From Myxococcales bacterium (GTDB taxonomy: Bacteria; Myxococcota_A; Polyangia; Polyangiales; DASUME01), in the NCBI GenBank assembly GCA_047601445.1, contig JASGJH010000001.1:8704001-8768000 (forward strand): a stretch of DNA of 64,000 nt, read 5' to 3'. Under the pieces are notes generated by a model. The model was given only the letters and a program-made list of their open reading frames with translations. It was not told the origin of the DNA and did no database searches. Positions within the stretch are counted from its first letter, which is position 1; each line of letters starts with the position of its first letter. Both the position numbers and the translations under genes were made by a program. Below are positions 33,160 through 41,982 of the stretch, one piece after another.

Positions 33160-35360
33160 CGCGCAAGAAGCCCATCCAGCCGACCAAGCCCGAGGCGGCC
33201 ATCGCCGAGGCGCCTTGGCTCGTGACCACGTTGCGGGCGCTGGTCTATGCGCTGTGCGGTGCTGCCTTCGCCTGGCCGCTCGCGCACGTGCCGACGGTGT
33301 TCGCCACGGCATTTGGGGCGCTCGCGGGTGCCTTGCTGTCTCCGCGCCTCGCGCGCTCGCGCCTGCGCACCACCTGGCTCGTGCTTGGCGGGCCGCTGCT
33401 TGCGGCACTCGGCTTCGGTTTAGTGCGCTTGTTCGCCCGCTCGGGCAGCATCGCGCAGGCGCTGGGCGACGAGCAGTTCCTCGCTGTGGTGGACGCGCTG
33501 TCGTTCGCACTGGTGGCGCTGGCCTTGTCGGTCGCGCTCTCGGCCCTCTCGTTGCGCTATCGCTTCGTGGCGTTCGTGGAGGTGGCCCTCGGCGGCATGA
33601 TCGCCTCGCAGCTGGTGGCCGAGCACCGTCACGGAGCCATCAATCGGCCCTTCGACATCGCCGATCCGATTCTCTCTTCTGGCGGCGACCCGGTGGTGGT
33701 GTTCTACGCGCTCGGCGGGCTAGCGGTGATCGGCCTGGCGATGATTCTGATCTTCGAGCGTTCGCTGTGGCGACTGAGCGCCCACGTCGCGCTCCTCCTG
33801 CTGCTCTTGGGGGCCGCCGGCTTGGCCGCCGAATCTGGCTTCGTGCCGCACCCGGAACCCAAAGATGCCCTGGGACTCACGGGCAAACCGGACGAGCAGG
33901 ACAAGGACAACAAGAACGGCAAGAACGGCCGCGGGCGCCCCGACAACGATACCCTCGAGTTCCGCGATCAGGAACGCAACCGCGATCAGCAAACGCCGGT
34001 GGCCGTGGTGCTGCTACACGACGACTACTCGCCCCCCACGGGCGTCTACTACTTCCGTCAGGGAGCGTTCAGTCAGTTCAATGGTCGGCGCCTCGTGGCG
34101 ACCACGCGCGACGCGCTCGATCGCGACATCGTGCCCAACTTTCCGGTCGACAAGCTCAAGGTGCCCGAGGCGCCCGACGCCGGGCTCGACCGCGCCACGC
34201 TCGAGAGCACGGTGGCCCTGCTCGCGGACCACACGCGGCCGTTCGGGCTCGAAGCTCCCGTGGAATTCGTCGCGCAGGAGAACCCGAGCCCCGAGCGCTT
34301 TCGGCGCGTATACAAGGTGGTTTCCTCCGCGTTGACCGCGGACTTCATGACGCTCACCGGGCATCGCGCCGCGAACCCCAAGTGGAGCGCGGAGGACAAG
34401 CAGCAGTATCTGGCGCTGCCCGCGGACCCTCGCTACGCCGAGTTGGCGCACAAGATCGTCAGCAGCCTGCCTCCCGAGGTCCAGGAGGACCCGATGATCG
34501 AAGCCTGGGCCGTCCGCGAGTGGCTCAGCAAAGAGGGCACCTACAGCCTGGCGAGCAAGCACGCCACGGCCGAGGATCCCACCGGGCATTTCTTGTTCGG
34601 TGACAAGACCGGCTACTGCGTCCACTTCGCGCATGCGGCCGCTTTCTTGCTGCGTTCACTCGGCGTGCCTGCGCGCGTGGCGACGGGCTACGCCGTGGAG
34701 GAGTCGGCGCGTCAGGGCGGGTCGGCACTGTTGATCGCGAGCGGCGCGGCCCACGCATGGCCCGAGATTTACCTGGATGGCGTGGGTTGGGTGGTGGTCG
34801 ACGTGCAACCCGAGCGCACGCTCGATCCGGCGCCCGAGCCTCCCGACGCGGATCTACAGCGACTCCTGGGGCAGCTCGCCCGCGGCATTCGACCGCTTCC
34901 CCCCGACGGCAGTCCTCCGCCCACGCCCTGGGAGATTTGGCTCAAGGACCTCGCCCGCTGGGCGCGCGATGCGCTGGGGCACGGCTTGGTGGCAGCCCTG
35001 GGGCTGCTCTACCTGGCCAAGCTCTGGCGCCGCTTCGCCCCGTGGTTTGCCAGCAGCAAGAGCTTGCCGCGCGTGGCCTATCGAGCGGAGCTGGACCGGC
35101 TCGCCGAGCTCGGCCTGTCGCGTCGGCGCGGCGAGTCCCGTGAGGCCTTCGCACTCCGCGTGAGCGCGGTGGCCCCGGGCTTCCGCGAGCTGACCAATTT
35201 GCACGTGGGCGCACGCTTCGGTTCACGTTCCGCGCTGGCACGGGCGGGAGAGCTGAAGCCCCTGACCCGCGTGATTCAAGAGCAACGTCGACGAGCCTTC
35301 AGTTGGTGGCGTCGAACGCTCGGCGTCCTCACCCCCTGGAGCTGGTTGAAGGCGCGCTGA
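33156..35360 (+). CDS. Membrane-anchored transglutaminase-like protein
   Basis: Multiple TM helices, GYCVHFA, GVPARVATGY, AHAWPEIY, VVDVQP; GTGA overlap with DUF58. Confidence 0.9.
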   Translation: MTRKKPIQPTKPEAAIAEAPWLVTTLRALVYALCGAAFAWPLAHVPTVFATAFGALAGALLSPRLARSRLRTTWLVLGGPLLAALGFGLVRLFARSGSIAQALGDEQFLAVVDALSFALVALALSVALSALSLRYRFVAFVEVALGGMIASQLVAEHRHGAINRPFDIADPILSSGGDPVVVFYALGGLAVIGLAMILIFERSLWRLSAHVALLLLLLGAAGLAAESGFVPHPEPKDALGLTGKPDEQDKDNKNGKNGRGRPDNDTLEFRDQERNRDQQTPVAVVLLHDDYSPPTGVYYFRQGAFSQFNGRRLVATTRDALDRDIVPNFPVDKLKVPEAPDAGLDRATLESTVALLADHTRPFGLEAPVEFVAQENPSPERFRRVYKVVSSALTADFMTLTGHRAANPKWSAEDKQQYLALPADPRYAELAHKIVSSLPPEVQEDPMIEAWAVREWLSKEGTYSLASKHATAEDPTGHFLFGDKTGYCVHFAHAAAFLLRSLGVPARVATGYAVEESARQGGSALLIASGAAHAWPEIYLDGVGWVVVDVQPERTLDPAPEPPDADLQRLLGQLARGIRPLPPDGSPPPTPWEIWLKDLARWARDALGHGLVAALGLLYLAKLWRRFAPWFASSKSLPRVAYRAELDRLAELGLSRRRGESREAFALRVSAVAPGFRELTNLHVGARFGSRSALARAGELKPLTRVIQEQRRRAFSWWRRTLGVLTPWSWLKAR

Positions 35361-35377
35361 CCGCGCCTGGAGATGTC

Positions 35378-36379
35378 ATGTCCTCTCAAGCACAAGATCT
35401 GAATCAAGCCCATGAACTCGTCTCACGTCTGCGCGCGCGGCTCGCCGCGGCGGTGCGCGGGCGCGACGATGTCATCGAGCTCTTGCTCATCGCACTCCTG
35501 GCCGACGGCCACGTGTTGCTCGAGGACTTCCCCGGCTCCGGCAAGACCACCCTGGCGCGCGCGCTCGGCGAGGCGGTGGAGGGCGATCAGGGGCCCGAGG
35601 AGATCAGCTCCTTCCGGCGCATCCAGTTCACGCCCGACCTGCTGCCGAGCGACGTCACGGGTACCAACGTGTTCGAGCCCGCCACGGGTGGTTTCGTGTT
35701 CCGACGCGGGCCCATCTTCGCGCACGTGGTGCTGGCCGATGAGATCAACCGCACGTCGCCCAAGGTGCAGGCGGCGATGCTCGAAGGCATGGCCGAGAAG
35801 CAGGTCACCATCGACGACCGTACGTACCCGCTCGATGCGCTGTTCTTCGTGATCGCCACGCAGAACCCGCTGGACCTGGCGGGAACGTATCCGCTGCCGC
35901 GTCCGCAGCTCGACCGCTTCCTGTTCAAGATCCGCATGACCCACATCGCGCGCAACGACGAGCTCGCGGTGCTCGCCGACTACCCGGCACCGCGCCTCGA
36001 GCGCGCCGCGCAGCTTCCGGGCGTGAAGCGCAGCGAGGTGTTGCGGGCGCGCGAGGCGCTGCGCGAAGGCGTCTCGATTCACGCGAGCATGCGCGAGGCC
36101 CTGGTGGACCTGGCGGGTGCGCTCAGGGCGGATGCACGTCTGGTCAACGGGGTGTCCACGCGCTCGCTGGTGTTGCTGCTGCCCGCGCTCCAGGCGCGTG
36201 CCTTGATCGCCGGTCGTGACTACGTGAGCCCGGAGGATCTCGAGGCGCTCGCGCCCCACGTGTTCCACCACCGCGTGGAGCCCGCGCCCGGCATCGACGA
36301 CGTCGAGCGCGTGGTGAAAGACGCACTCAAGCCCCAGATCGAGCGGCTTGCCCGCCTGAGCCTCGCACGGTCGGCATGA
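35378..36379 (+). CDS. MoxR-family AAA+ ATPase
   Basis: LLEDFPGSGKT, RIQFTPDLLPSD, LADEINR, ATQNP, QLDRF. Confidence 0.95.
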   Translation: MSSQAQDLNQAHELVSRLRARLAAAVRGRDDVIELLLIALLADGHVLLEDFPGSGKTTLARALGEAVEGDQGPEEISSFRRIQFTPDLLPSDVTGTNVFEPATGGFVFRRGPIFAHVVLADEINRTSPKVQAAMLEGMAEKQVTIDDRTYPLDALFFVIATQNPLDLAGTYPLPRPQLDRFLFKIRMTHIARNDELAVLADYPAPRLERAAQLPGVKRSEVLRAREALREGVSIHASMREALVDLAGALRADARLVNGVSTRSLVLLLPALQARALIAGRDYVSPEDLEALAPHVFHHRVEPAPGIDDVERVVKDALKPQIERLARLSLARSA

Positions 36380-38382
36380 AGCTTCACCGCACCCTGCGTG
36401 TGTCCCTGCTGTGGCTGGGCCTGGCGGGCTCGGCGAATGGCCTGGCGGCCAGCGCGGCCCGTGCGCAGGGCATGGAGCAGCTGCTCGAGGCCCCGCCCGG
36501 AATGGAGGCGTCGCCGGAGGAGCTCGAGGCGTTCTACACCGCGATGTCGGGTCGCTTGATCCGCGCTCGCGAGCTGGCCACCAAGCTGCTCGCGAAGCAT
36601 CCCGACTCCTACGTGGGCAACTACGTGATGGGCGAAGTGGAGCACGACGCCGAGGCGAACTTCCCGCGTGCCGTCTATCACTTCGAGCGCGCGGCCCAGC
36701 TTTTTCGGGCGCGGTACGGCGACCATCCCGGCGAGACGCAGCCCTGGCGTTGGCACACCCGCATCATGCTCTCGCTGGCGTTCGCCTACGGAGAGATCGA
36801 GAAGCACGAGGAGAAGCTCGCGCTCATCGGCAAGTACAACGAGCTCTACGATCCGGATCGCCTGGCCGAGCGCGCGTGGCCGCTGATGAAGCTGCGCGAG
36901 TTCGACGCGGCCCGCAAGGCCGCCGAGGAAGGCCTGCGCACCGACGATCCCCAGCAGCGAGAAATCGCCCTGAATTCCCTGTGCGCGGTGGAGTTCGAGG
37001 CAGGCAACGACGAGGCGAGCTACGAGGCCTGCAAGCGCGCCATGGACAACGCACGCGCGCTGGGCAACGGGCTCGACCCGGCGGACTTGATGAACTTCGC
37101 CGAGGCGTCGCGCTCGGTATTCAAGTTCGATGAGGCCGAGCGCATCGACCGCGAGGCCACGGAGGCCAGCACGGCCTGGTACGGCAATCCCTGGTCGGAG
37201 CTCGGCGAACTGTACCTGCGCGAGGCGCGGCTGCCCGAGGCGCTCTCGGCGCTCAAGGAGATCCCCAAGTATCGCGTGCAGCGTCCACCCCACGTGCGCG
37301 AGGCCGATCGCAACGAGAACCGCCGCGCGCTGAGCGCCTTCTTTCTTCTGCTGGGGCGCCCCGACGAGGCCTTGCGCATCACCGAGAAGGCCTTGGTGGC
37401 GCCCGATCGCCGGGGACACAACAGCCGTGATCCCGCGCAAGATCGCTCGATTGCCGCACTGCTCGACCGCGGCGCGCACCTGATGAAGGCAGAGCGCGCC
37501 GAGGAGAACGCGGTGACGCTGCCCTGGTACAAGCGAATCTACGCCTGGAGCGACGCCGAGGTCTCACGCGCGCAGGCCTGGCTCAGCGGTCGCCGCGCGG
37601 TGCGCGCGGTAGGCGATGGTGATCGTCTGGCGGGCAGCTTCCAGATCGGCACGGCGCGGGGCGCGATCATGCCCCCGTGGTTGGCTGGTGATCTGGTCCA
37701 CGTGGTGGGGGCCGGCGCGTCCGAGGCGGCCATCCAGGTGGGACGCCGCATCGACAAACGCGCGCAGGCCCGCGCCTACTACGACGCCTTCGAGGGCGAG
37801 GCCGCATGGATCGCGCGCGATGGCGGCAAGGCCGAGAAGCTCCTGAGCAGCGCGAGTGAGACGCTGCCCACCGCCGAGGCGCTGTTGCGCGCCCGCGTCT
37901 TCGCGATCTTGGGGCAGGTGCGTGAGGAGCGCGGAGCCCTCTCGGCGGCGCTGCAGGACTACGAGCGCGCGATGCAGATCGACCCCGGCGTGCTGCGGCG
38001 TTTGGGCATCGCGTTGCCTGTGCGCGTGGAGACTCAGGGCGACGAGGTCGCCAGTGATGCGGCCGATGCGCTCGGGCGCTCGCCTCGTTTCGACGTGGGC
38101 GCGAGCGGACTTCTCCTGCGCGTGCATGCGACGCGCGCCGGCGGCGAGGCGTGTCTGGTGGGCGCATCCGGAGCCCAGCTCGCCTGTGGTCAGGTGCAAG
38201 CCAAGGCCAACGAGCCCGCAGACTCGGTGGTGACGAGGCTCGTGCGCGATGCCCACGAGAACATCTTCGAGCCCAACGTCGATCTATCGCAGACCGACGC
38301 CAACTCGCTGGACGGCTCCAACCTGCGCGGTGGCCAACAGGACCTGACGCCGCTGCTGCAGGGCGAAGGCTTCACGGAGTAG
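36376..38382 (+). CDS. Secreted TPR-repeat protein
   Basis: Signal peptide, helical TPR-like repeats; ATGA overlap with MoxR. Confidence 0.8.
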   Translation: MKLHRTLRVSLLWLGLAGSANGLAASAARAQGMEQLLEAPPGMEASPEELEAFYTAMSGRLIRARELATKLLAKHPDSYVGNYVMGEVEHDAEANFPRAVYHFERAAQLFRARYGDHPGETQPWRWHTRIMLSLAFAYGEIEKHEEKLALIGKYNELYDPDRLAERAWPLMKLREFDAARKAAEEGLRTDDPQQREIALNSLCAVEFEAGNDEASYEACKRAMDNARALGNGLDPADLMNFAEASRSVFKFDEAERIDREATEASTAWYGNPWSELGELYLREARLPEALSALKEIPKYRVQRPPHVREADRNENRRALSAFFLLLGRPDEALRITEKALVAPDRRGHNSRDPAQDRSIAALLDRGAHLMKAERAEENAVTLPWYKRIYAWSDAEVSRAQAWLSGRRAVRAVGDGDRLAGSFQIGTARGAIMPPWLAGDLVHVVGAGASEAAIQVGRRIDKRAQARAYYDAFEGEAAWIARDGGKAEKLLSSASETLPTAEALLRARVFAILGQVREERGALSAALQDYERAMQIDPGVLRRLGIALPVRVETQGDEVASDAADALGRSPRFDVGASGLLLRVHATRAGGEACLVGASGAQLACGQVQAKANEPADSVVTRLVRDAHENIFEPNVDLSQTDANSLDGSNLRGGQQDLTPLLQGEGFTE

Positions 38383-40024
38383 CGGGCGAGTCTGGCTTCG
38401 GGGGGGCGCGCTCCACGGGATAGACGCTGATCCAGGTCGCCCGCTTGGACTGAAAACCCTTGGCCACCATGCCCGTCCGCCACGCGCCCAAGCTCGGCCA
38501 CAGATGCTTGCGCAAGAACTCGAAGCTTGCACCGGGAAACTCCGTGTAGACGAGCTCGTCGGACACGCCGAGCGCCGCATGGTCGAAGGAGGTGAACGGT
38601 TCGCGCCGCAGCCAGTACACCGGGGCACCGTCCGAGTCGATCGCGTCGGCGCGCTCGCCAGGCTCGAGCACGTGCACATTCCAGGGATGCTTGCGGAAGA
38701 ACGGATAGCTCGGTACCAGCGTCTCGTCGTCCACGGCGAAGTGGATGGGAGCGGGGAGATCCTGGGCCCAGTGTGCGAACTGGTAATGCGGGCGCCAACC
38801 GAGCGGATAGAAAGCGAGCAAGGCCATGCCCATCAAGTTCCACACCACCAGCGCGCCATAGAGCCAGCTGCGCTGGAAGCGGCGGAACAGCGCGGCCACC
38901 GACTCCGCCTTGCTCTGCAGCCAGTGGGAGCTCTTCGTGTCGCTCTCCTCGAAGCCCATCGCGGCACCCACGAGCGCCAGTAGGAACACTGGGAACATGT
39001 AGCGCTCCTCTTTGTGCCCGATAGCGCTGTGCGCGAAGATGAACGGGATGGTGGTCCAGCTGAGCACGTGCTTGGGCCGCCGCACCCAGCACACCGTGAG
39101 CCCCACGATGGCCAGGATCACCACCGGCGCGAAGATGTTGGCCAAGGTGATGTGCAGGTAGCCGAAGAACCACTTGGTCCCGTACTGCGCGGCCACTCCC
39201 TCGATCATGTTGGTGCGCAGGTAATTCCAGGGCGGGAACGCGAACTCGCCGTAGCCCCAGCTGTCGACGGCCAGGGCGAGCGCCATCGGCACGAGGCCGC
39301 CCGCGCACACCACCAGGGTGGCGCGCACGTCGCGTGCGACGAGCCACATCCAGGCCAGCAGACCCACGATCGCGAAGGCCATTTGAAAGCGGAACTCGAA
39401 GCACATGCCGAGCAAGAGCCCCGCTCCGAAGGCGCGCCCTGCGGATAGGCGGGCACCCTCGCTCCAGGCGGCCTCCGCGGGGCGTCCGCGCACGATGACG
39501 CTGAGCGCGAGCAGTAGGCAAGCGGTGGACAGATTCTCCGAGGTCGCGCGCACGGCGATGTACGGGATGAAGCCGGCGAGCGTCAGCCAGCGAATGCGCG
39601 AGCGATTGGCGTCTTCGTGGCTGACCCACGGGGCCGACGTCTGCATCAACGAGACGAGCGCCGCGAACGACACCAGGCACGAGGCCAGGCGCATCAGGAA
39701 GATCATCACGAAACGGTCGTCGAGTCCGAGTGCCACCAGGGGCTTCAGCAGCGCGTAGTAGAGAGCCGGCTGCATGAACGGGCGGGCGCGCTCGACGAAT
39801 TCCCAGGTCAGCTCCTCGGGCCGGGTGAAGCCGAGCTTGAGCCCAACGAACTCGATGATCTGATAGTGCTCGTCGGGGTGGAAGAAAGTCTCGCTACGGA
39901 ACGCCGTGAGCAGCGTGACCGCGAAGTTGAAGAGCAAGAGCTTGCGCGTGGTGGGGTCGGCCCACGGACGCTCGCGATCGGACCAGGCCGATGCTGGGGA
40001 GAAGGACGTGCCTGGCGCGCTCAT
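38372..40024 (-). CDS. GT22 (PIG-B/Alg9-like) membrane mannosyltransferase
   Basis: FHPDEHYQIIE, LTWEF..RAR, DSWGYG..FPPWNY, HKEERYMFP; many TM helices. Confidence 0.82.
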   Translation of the reverse strand: MSAPGTSFSPASAWSDRERPWADPTTRKLLLFNFAVTLLTAFRSETFFHPDEHYQIIEFVGLKLGFTRPEELTWEFVERARPFMQPALYYALLKPLVALGLDDRFVMIFLMRLASCLVSFAALVSLMQTSAPWVSHEDANRSRIRWLTLAGFIPYIAVRATSENLSTACLLLALSVIVRGRPAEAAWSEGARLSAGRAFGAGLLLGMCFEFRFQMAFAIVGLLAWMWLVARDVRATLVVCAGGLVPMALALAVDSWGYGEFAFPPWNYLRTNMIEGVAAQYGTKWFFGYLHITLANIFAPVVILAIVGLTVCWVRRPKHVLSWTTIPFIFAHSAIGHKEERYMFPVFLLALVGAAMGFEESDTKSSHWLQSKAESVAALFRRFQRSWLYGALVVWNLMGMALLAFYPLGWRPHYQFAHWAQDLPAPIHFAVDDETLVPSYPFFRKHPWNVHVLEPGERADAIDSDGAPVYWLRREPFTSFDHAALGVSDELVYTEFPGASFEFLRKHLWPSLGAWRTGMVAKGFQSKRATWISVYPVERAPPKPDSPATP

Positions 40025-40084
40025 CGGGCGCGATCATGACGCGAAACGGGGCGCTTGCACCCACGCGCCGGTTAGGGAAACCGC

Positions 40085-41827
40085 CTAGGGCGTCGCGGCG
40101 GCGGGCGGTGCGGGGGCTTCGGCGGCGGGCTCGGCCGGTGCAGGCGTCGGCTCGCCCGCGGGCGCTTCGGCCTTTGGAGCATCTGCCTTGGGGGCTTCGC
40201 CTGCGGGGGCGCTAGGGTCCTTGGCTTCGGGCGCGCTCACCTGACTCGGCTTGGGGGCGGGTGGCAGCGGCGTTTCGCTGATGATCTCGCCCTCGACGTG
40301 CTCCCCTTCGTTGACCACCACGGTCTCTTCGACCTCTTCCCACTCGTCCATGACGGCGTCGGCCTCGGGGGAAATATCGCTCGTGGGCTTGGCCGCTGCG
40401 CTGGGAGTCCCGGCCGGCGTGTAGGCTGCGCCGACGGGCGCTGCGGTGCCGGGCTTGACCTTCTTGCGGCGGATCTTGCGGACCACCGTCTTCTTGGGCC
40501 CCTCCGAGTCCGGGGCAGGCTCCGCCGTGTTCTCCTCCGGCGCCGTCGCCGGCGCTGCGGCGGGGGCAATCGGCTGCTGGGCGCTCGCTTCGGCGGGAGA
40601 GCCGGAACTTCCCTTGTGACTCCACAGCCAGGCACCAGCGCCGAGGCCGAGCAGCACGAAGGTCGTGATGGCGCCCAAGCGGAAGAGCGGAGGCTGATTT
40701 TGCGTGGCGCGATTCGGTGCGCGCTCAGGCTCGTTGCCGAGGCGCAGCTGGGGCTGAGTGCGCAACGTGATCGGCTGGGCTGACTGCGCTGGCGGCTGGG
40801 GCTGCGCGGTGCCGGTCGGCGTGACCACGGTCTTGGCGTCGATCGACGACTTCGGAGCGGGCGTCGGCGCGGGCAGGGTCTTGTCTTCGCCACTCGAGCG
40901 ACCGATGAAGTCGGGGCGCGTCAGCCTGCGTGACATGCGCGCCTCGTCGCTGGCGTGCGTGCTCACGTGATTGGGCACGAACTCCTGCAGTGCGGCGATC
41001 ATCGCCTCCAGCGTGGGGAAACGGTCTGCGCGGTCCTTCTCGATGGACTTCATGACGGCGTTGACCAATCCCTCCGGGAGATCGGGGCGCAACGCGCTCA
41101 AATGCTTGGGAGGCCCGCTCATCATGCGGATGGCCAGCGCGGGTGCGCTGTCGGCGACGTAAGGCAACTGCCCCGCCATTGACTCGTACAAGATGCAGCC
41201 CATGGCGTAGACGTCCGCGCGGGCGTCGATATCGCGCTGGCTGTTGAGCTGCTCGAAGGACATGTAGTGGGGCGTGCCCATCAACACGCCGCTCTTGGTG
41301 AGCGAGCGCTTCTCCTCTTCGTCATCGAGCTTGGAGATGCCGAAGTCGAGCACGCGCGGATCGTCGAGGCGGCCCGAGGGGCCCTTGCACACGAAGATGT
41401 TGTCGGGCTTGAGATCGCGATGGACGATGCCCTGGGCATGTGCGGCGGCCACGCCCTCCATGGCGCGCAGCACGAGCGCCAAGATCTCGTCGAGCTCCAC
41501 GGCCTTCTCGCGCAGCAGCGCCGAGAGCGGCTTGCCCTCGAGGTAGGGCATGACGATGTACAGGACCTGCCCGTCTCGGCCCACGTCGAACACGTCGACC
41601 ACGTGGCGATGCTGGATGCGGCCGGCGGCCTGAGCTTCACGCAGGAAGCGTTCGACTAGCTCCGGATACTCGAGGTACTGCGGGAGCAAACACTTGAGCG
41701 CGAGCTTCTTGCCGGTAACGCGGTGGCTCACCAGATAGACCGCGCCCATGCCGCCCTGGCCCAAGCTGCGTTCGACGACGTACTTGTCGGCGATGACGTG
41801 ACTTGGTTCGGGCAAGGTTTGGGTCAT
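40085..41827 (-). CDS. Hanks-type Ser/Thr protein kinase with a TM helix and low-complexity tail
   Basis: GQGGMGAVY, ALK, HRDLKPDN, DFGISK, GTPHYMSFE. Confidence 0.95.
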   Translation of the reverse strand: MTQTLPEPSHVIADKYVVERSLGQGGMGAVYLVSHRVTGKKLALKCLLPQYLEYPELVERFLREAQAAGRIQHRHVVDVFDVGRDGQVLYIVMPYLEGKPLSALLREKAVELDEILALVLRAMEGVAAAHAQGIVHRDLKPDNIFVCKGPSGRLDDPRVLDFGISKLDDEEEKRSLTKSGVLMGTPHYMSFEQLNSQRDIDARADVYAMGCILYESMAGQLPYVADSAPALAIRMMSGPPKHLSALRPDLPEGLVNAVMKSIEKDRADRFPTLEAMIAALQEFVPNHVSTHASDEARMSRRLTRPDFIGRSSGEDKTLPAPTPAPKSSIDAKTVVTPTGTAQPQPPAQSAQPITLRTQPQLRLGNEPERAPNRATQNQPPLFRLGAITTFVLLGLGAGAWLWSHKGSSGSPAEASAQQPIAPAAAPATAPEENTAEPAPDSEGPKKTVVRKIRRKKVKPGTAAPVGAAYTPAGTPSAAAKPTSDISPEADAVMDEWEEVEETVVVNEGEHVEGEIISETPLPPAPKPSQVSAPEAKDPSAPAGEAPKADAPKAEAPAGEPTPAPAEPAAEAPAPPAAATP

Positions 41828-41982
41828 GTCTCGTGGCTCGAGCTGAGGACCGCCCATCCCCCTGAATGGCAGCCCGGACAACACCCTACGGCGTTTCGCT
41901 GCTCTGCGCTATGGAAGGTAACCCTGATGCGGAGTTCGAGGTGTGCACGTTGGATGATCGCACCCACGTTCTCTTACCAACT

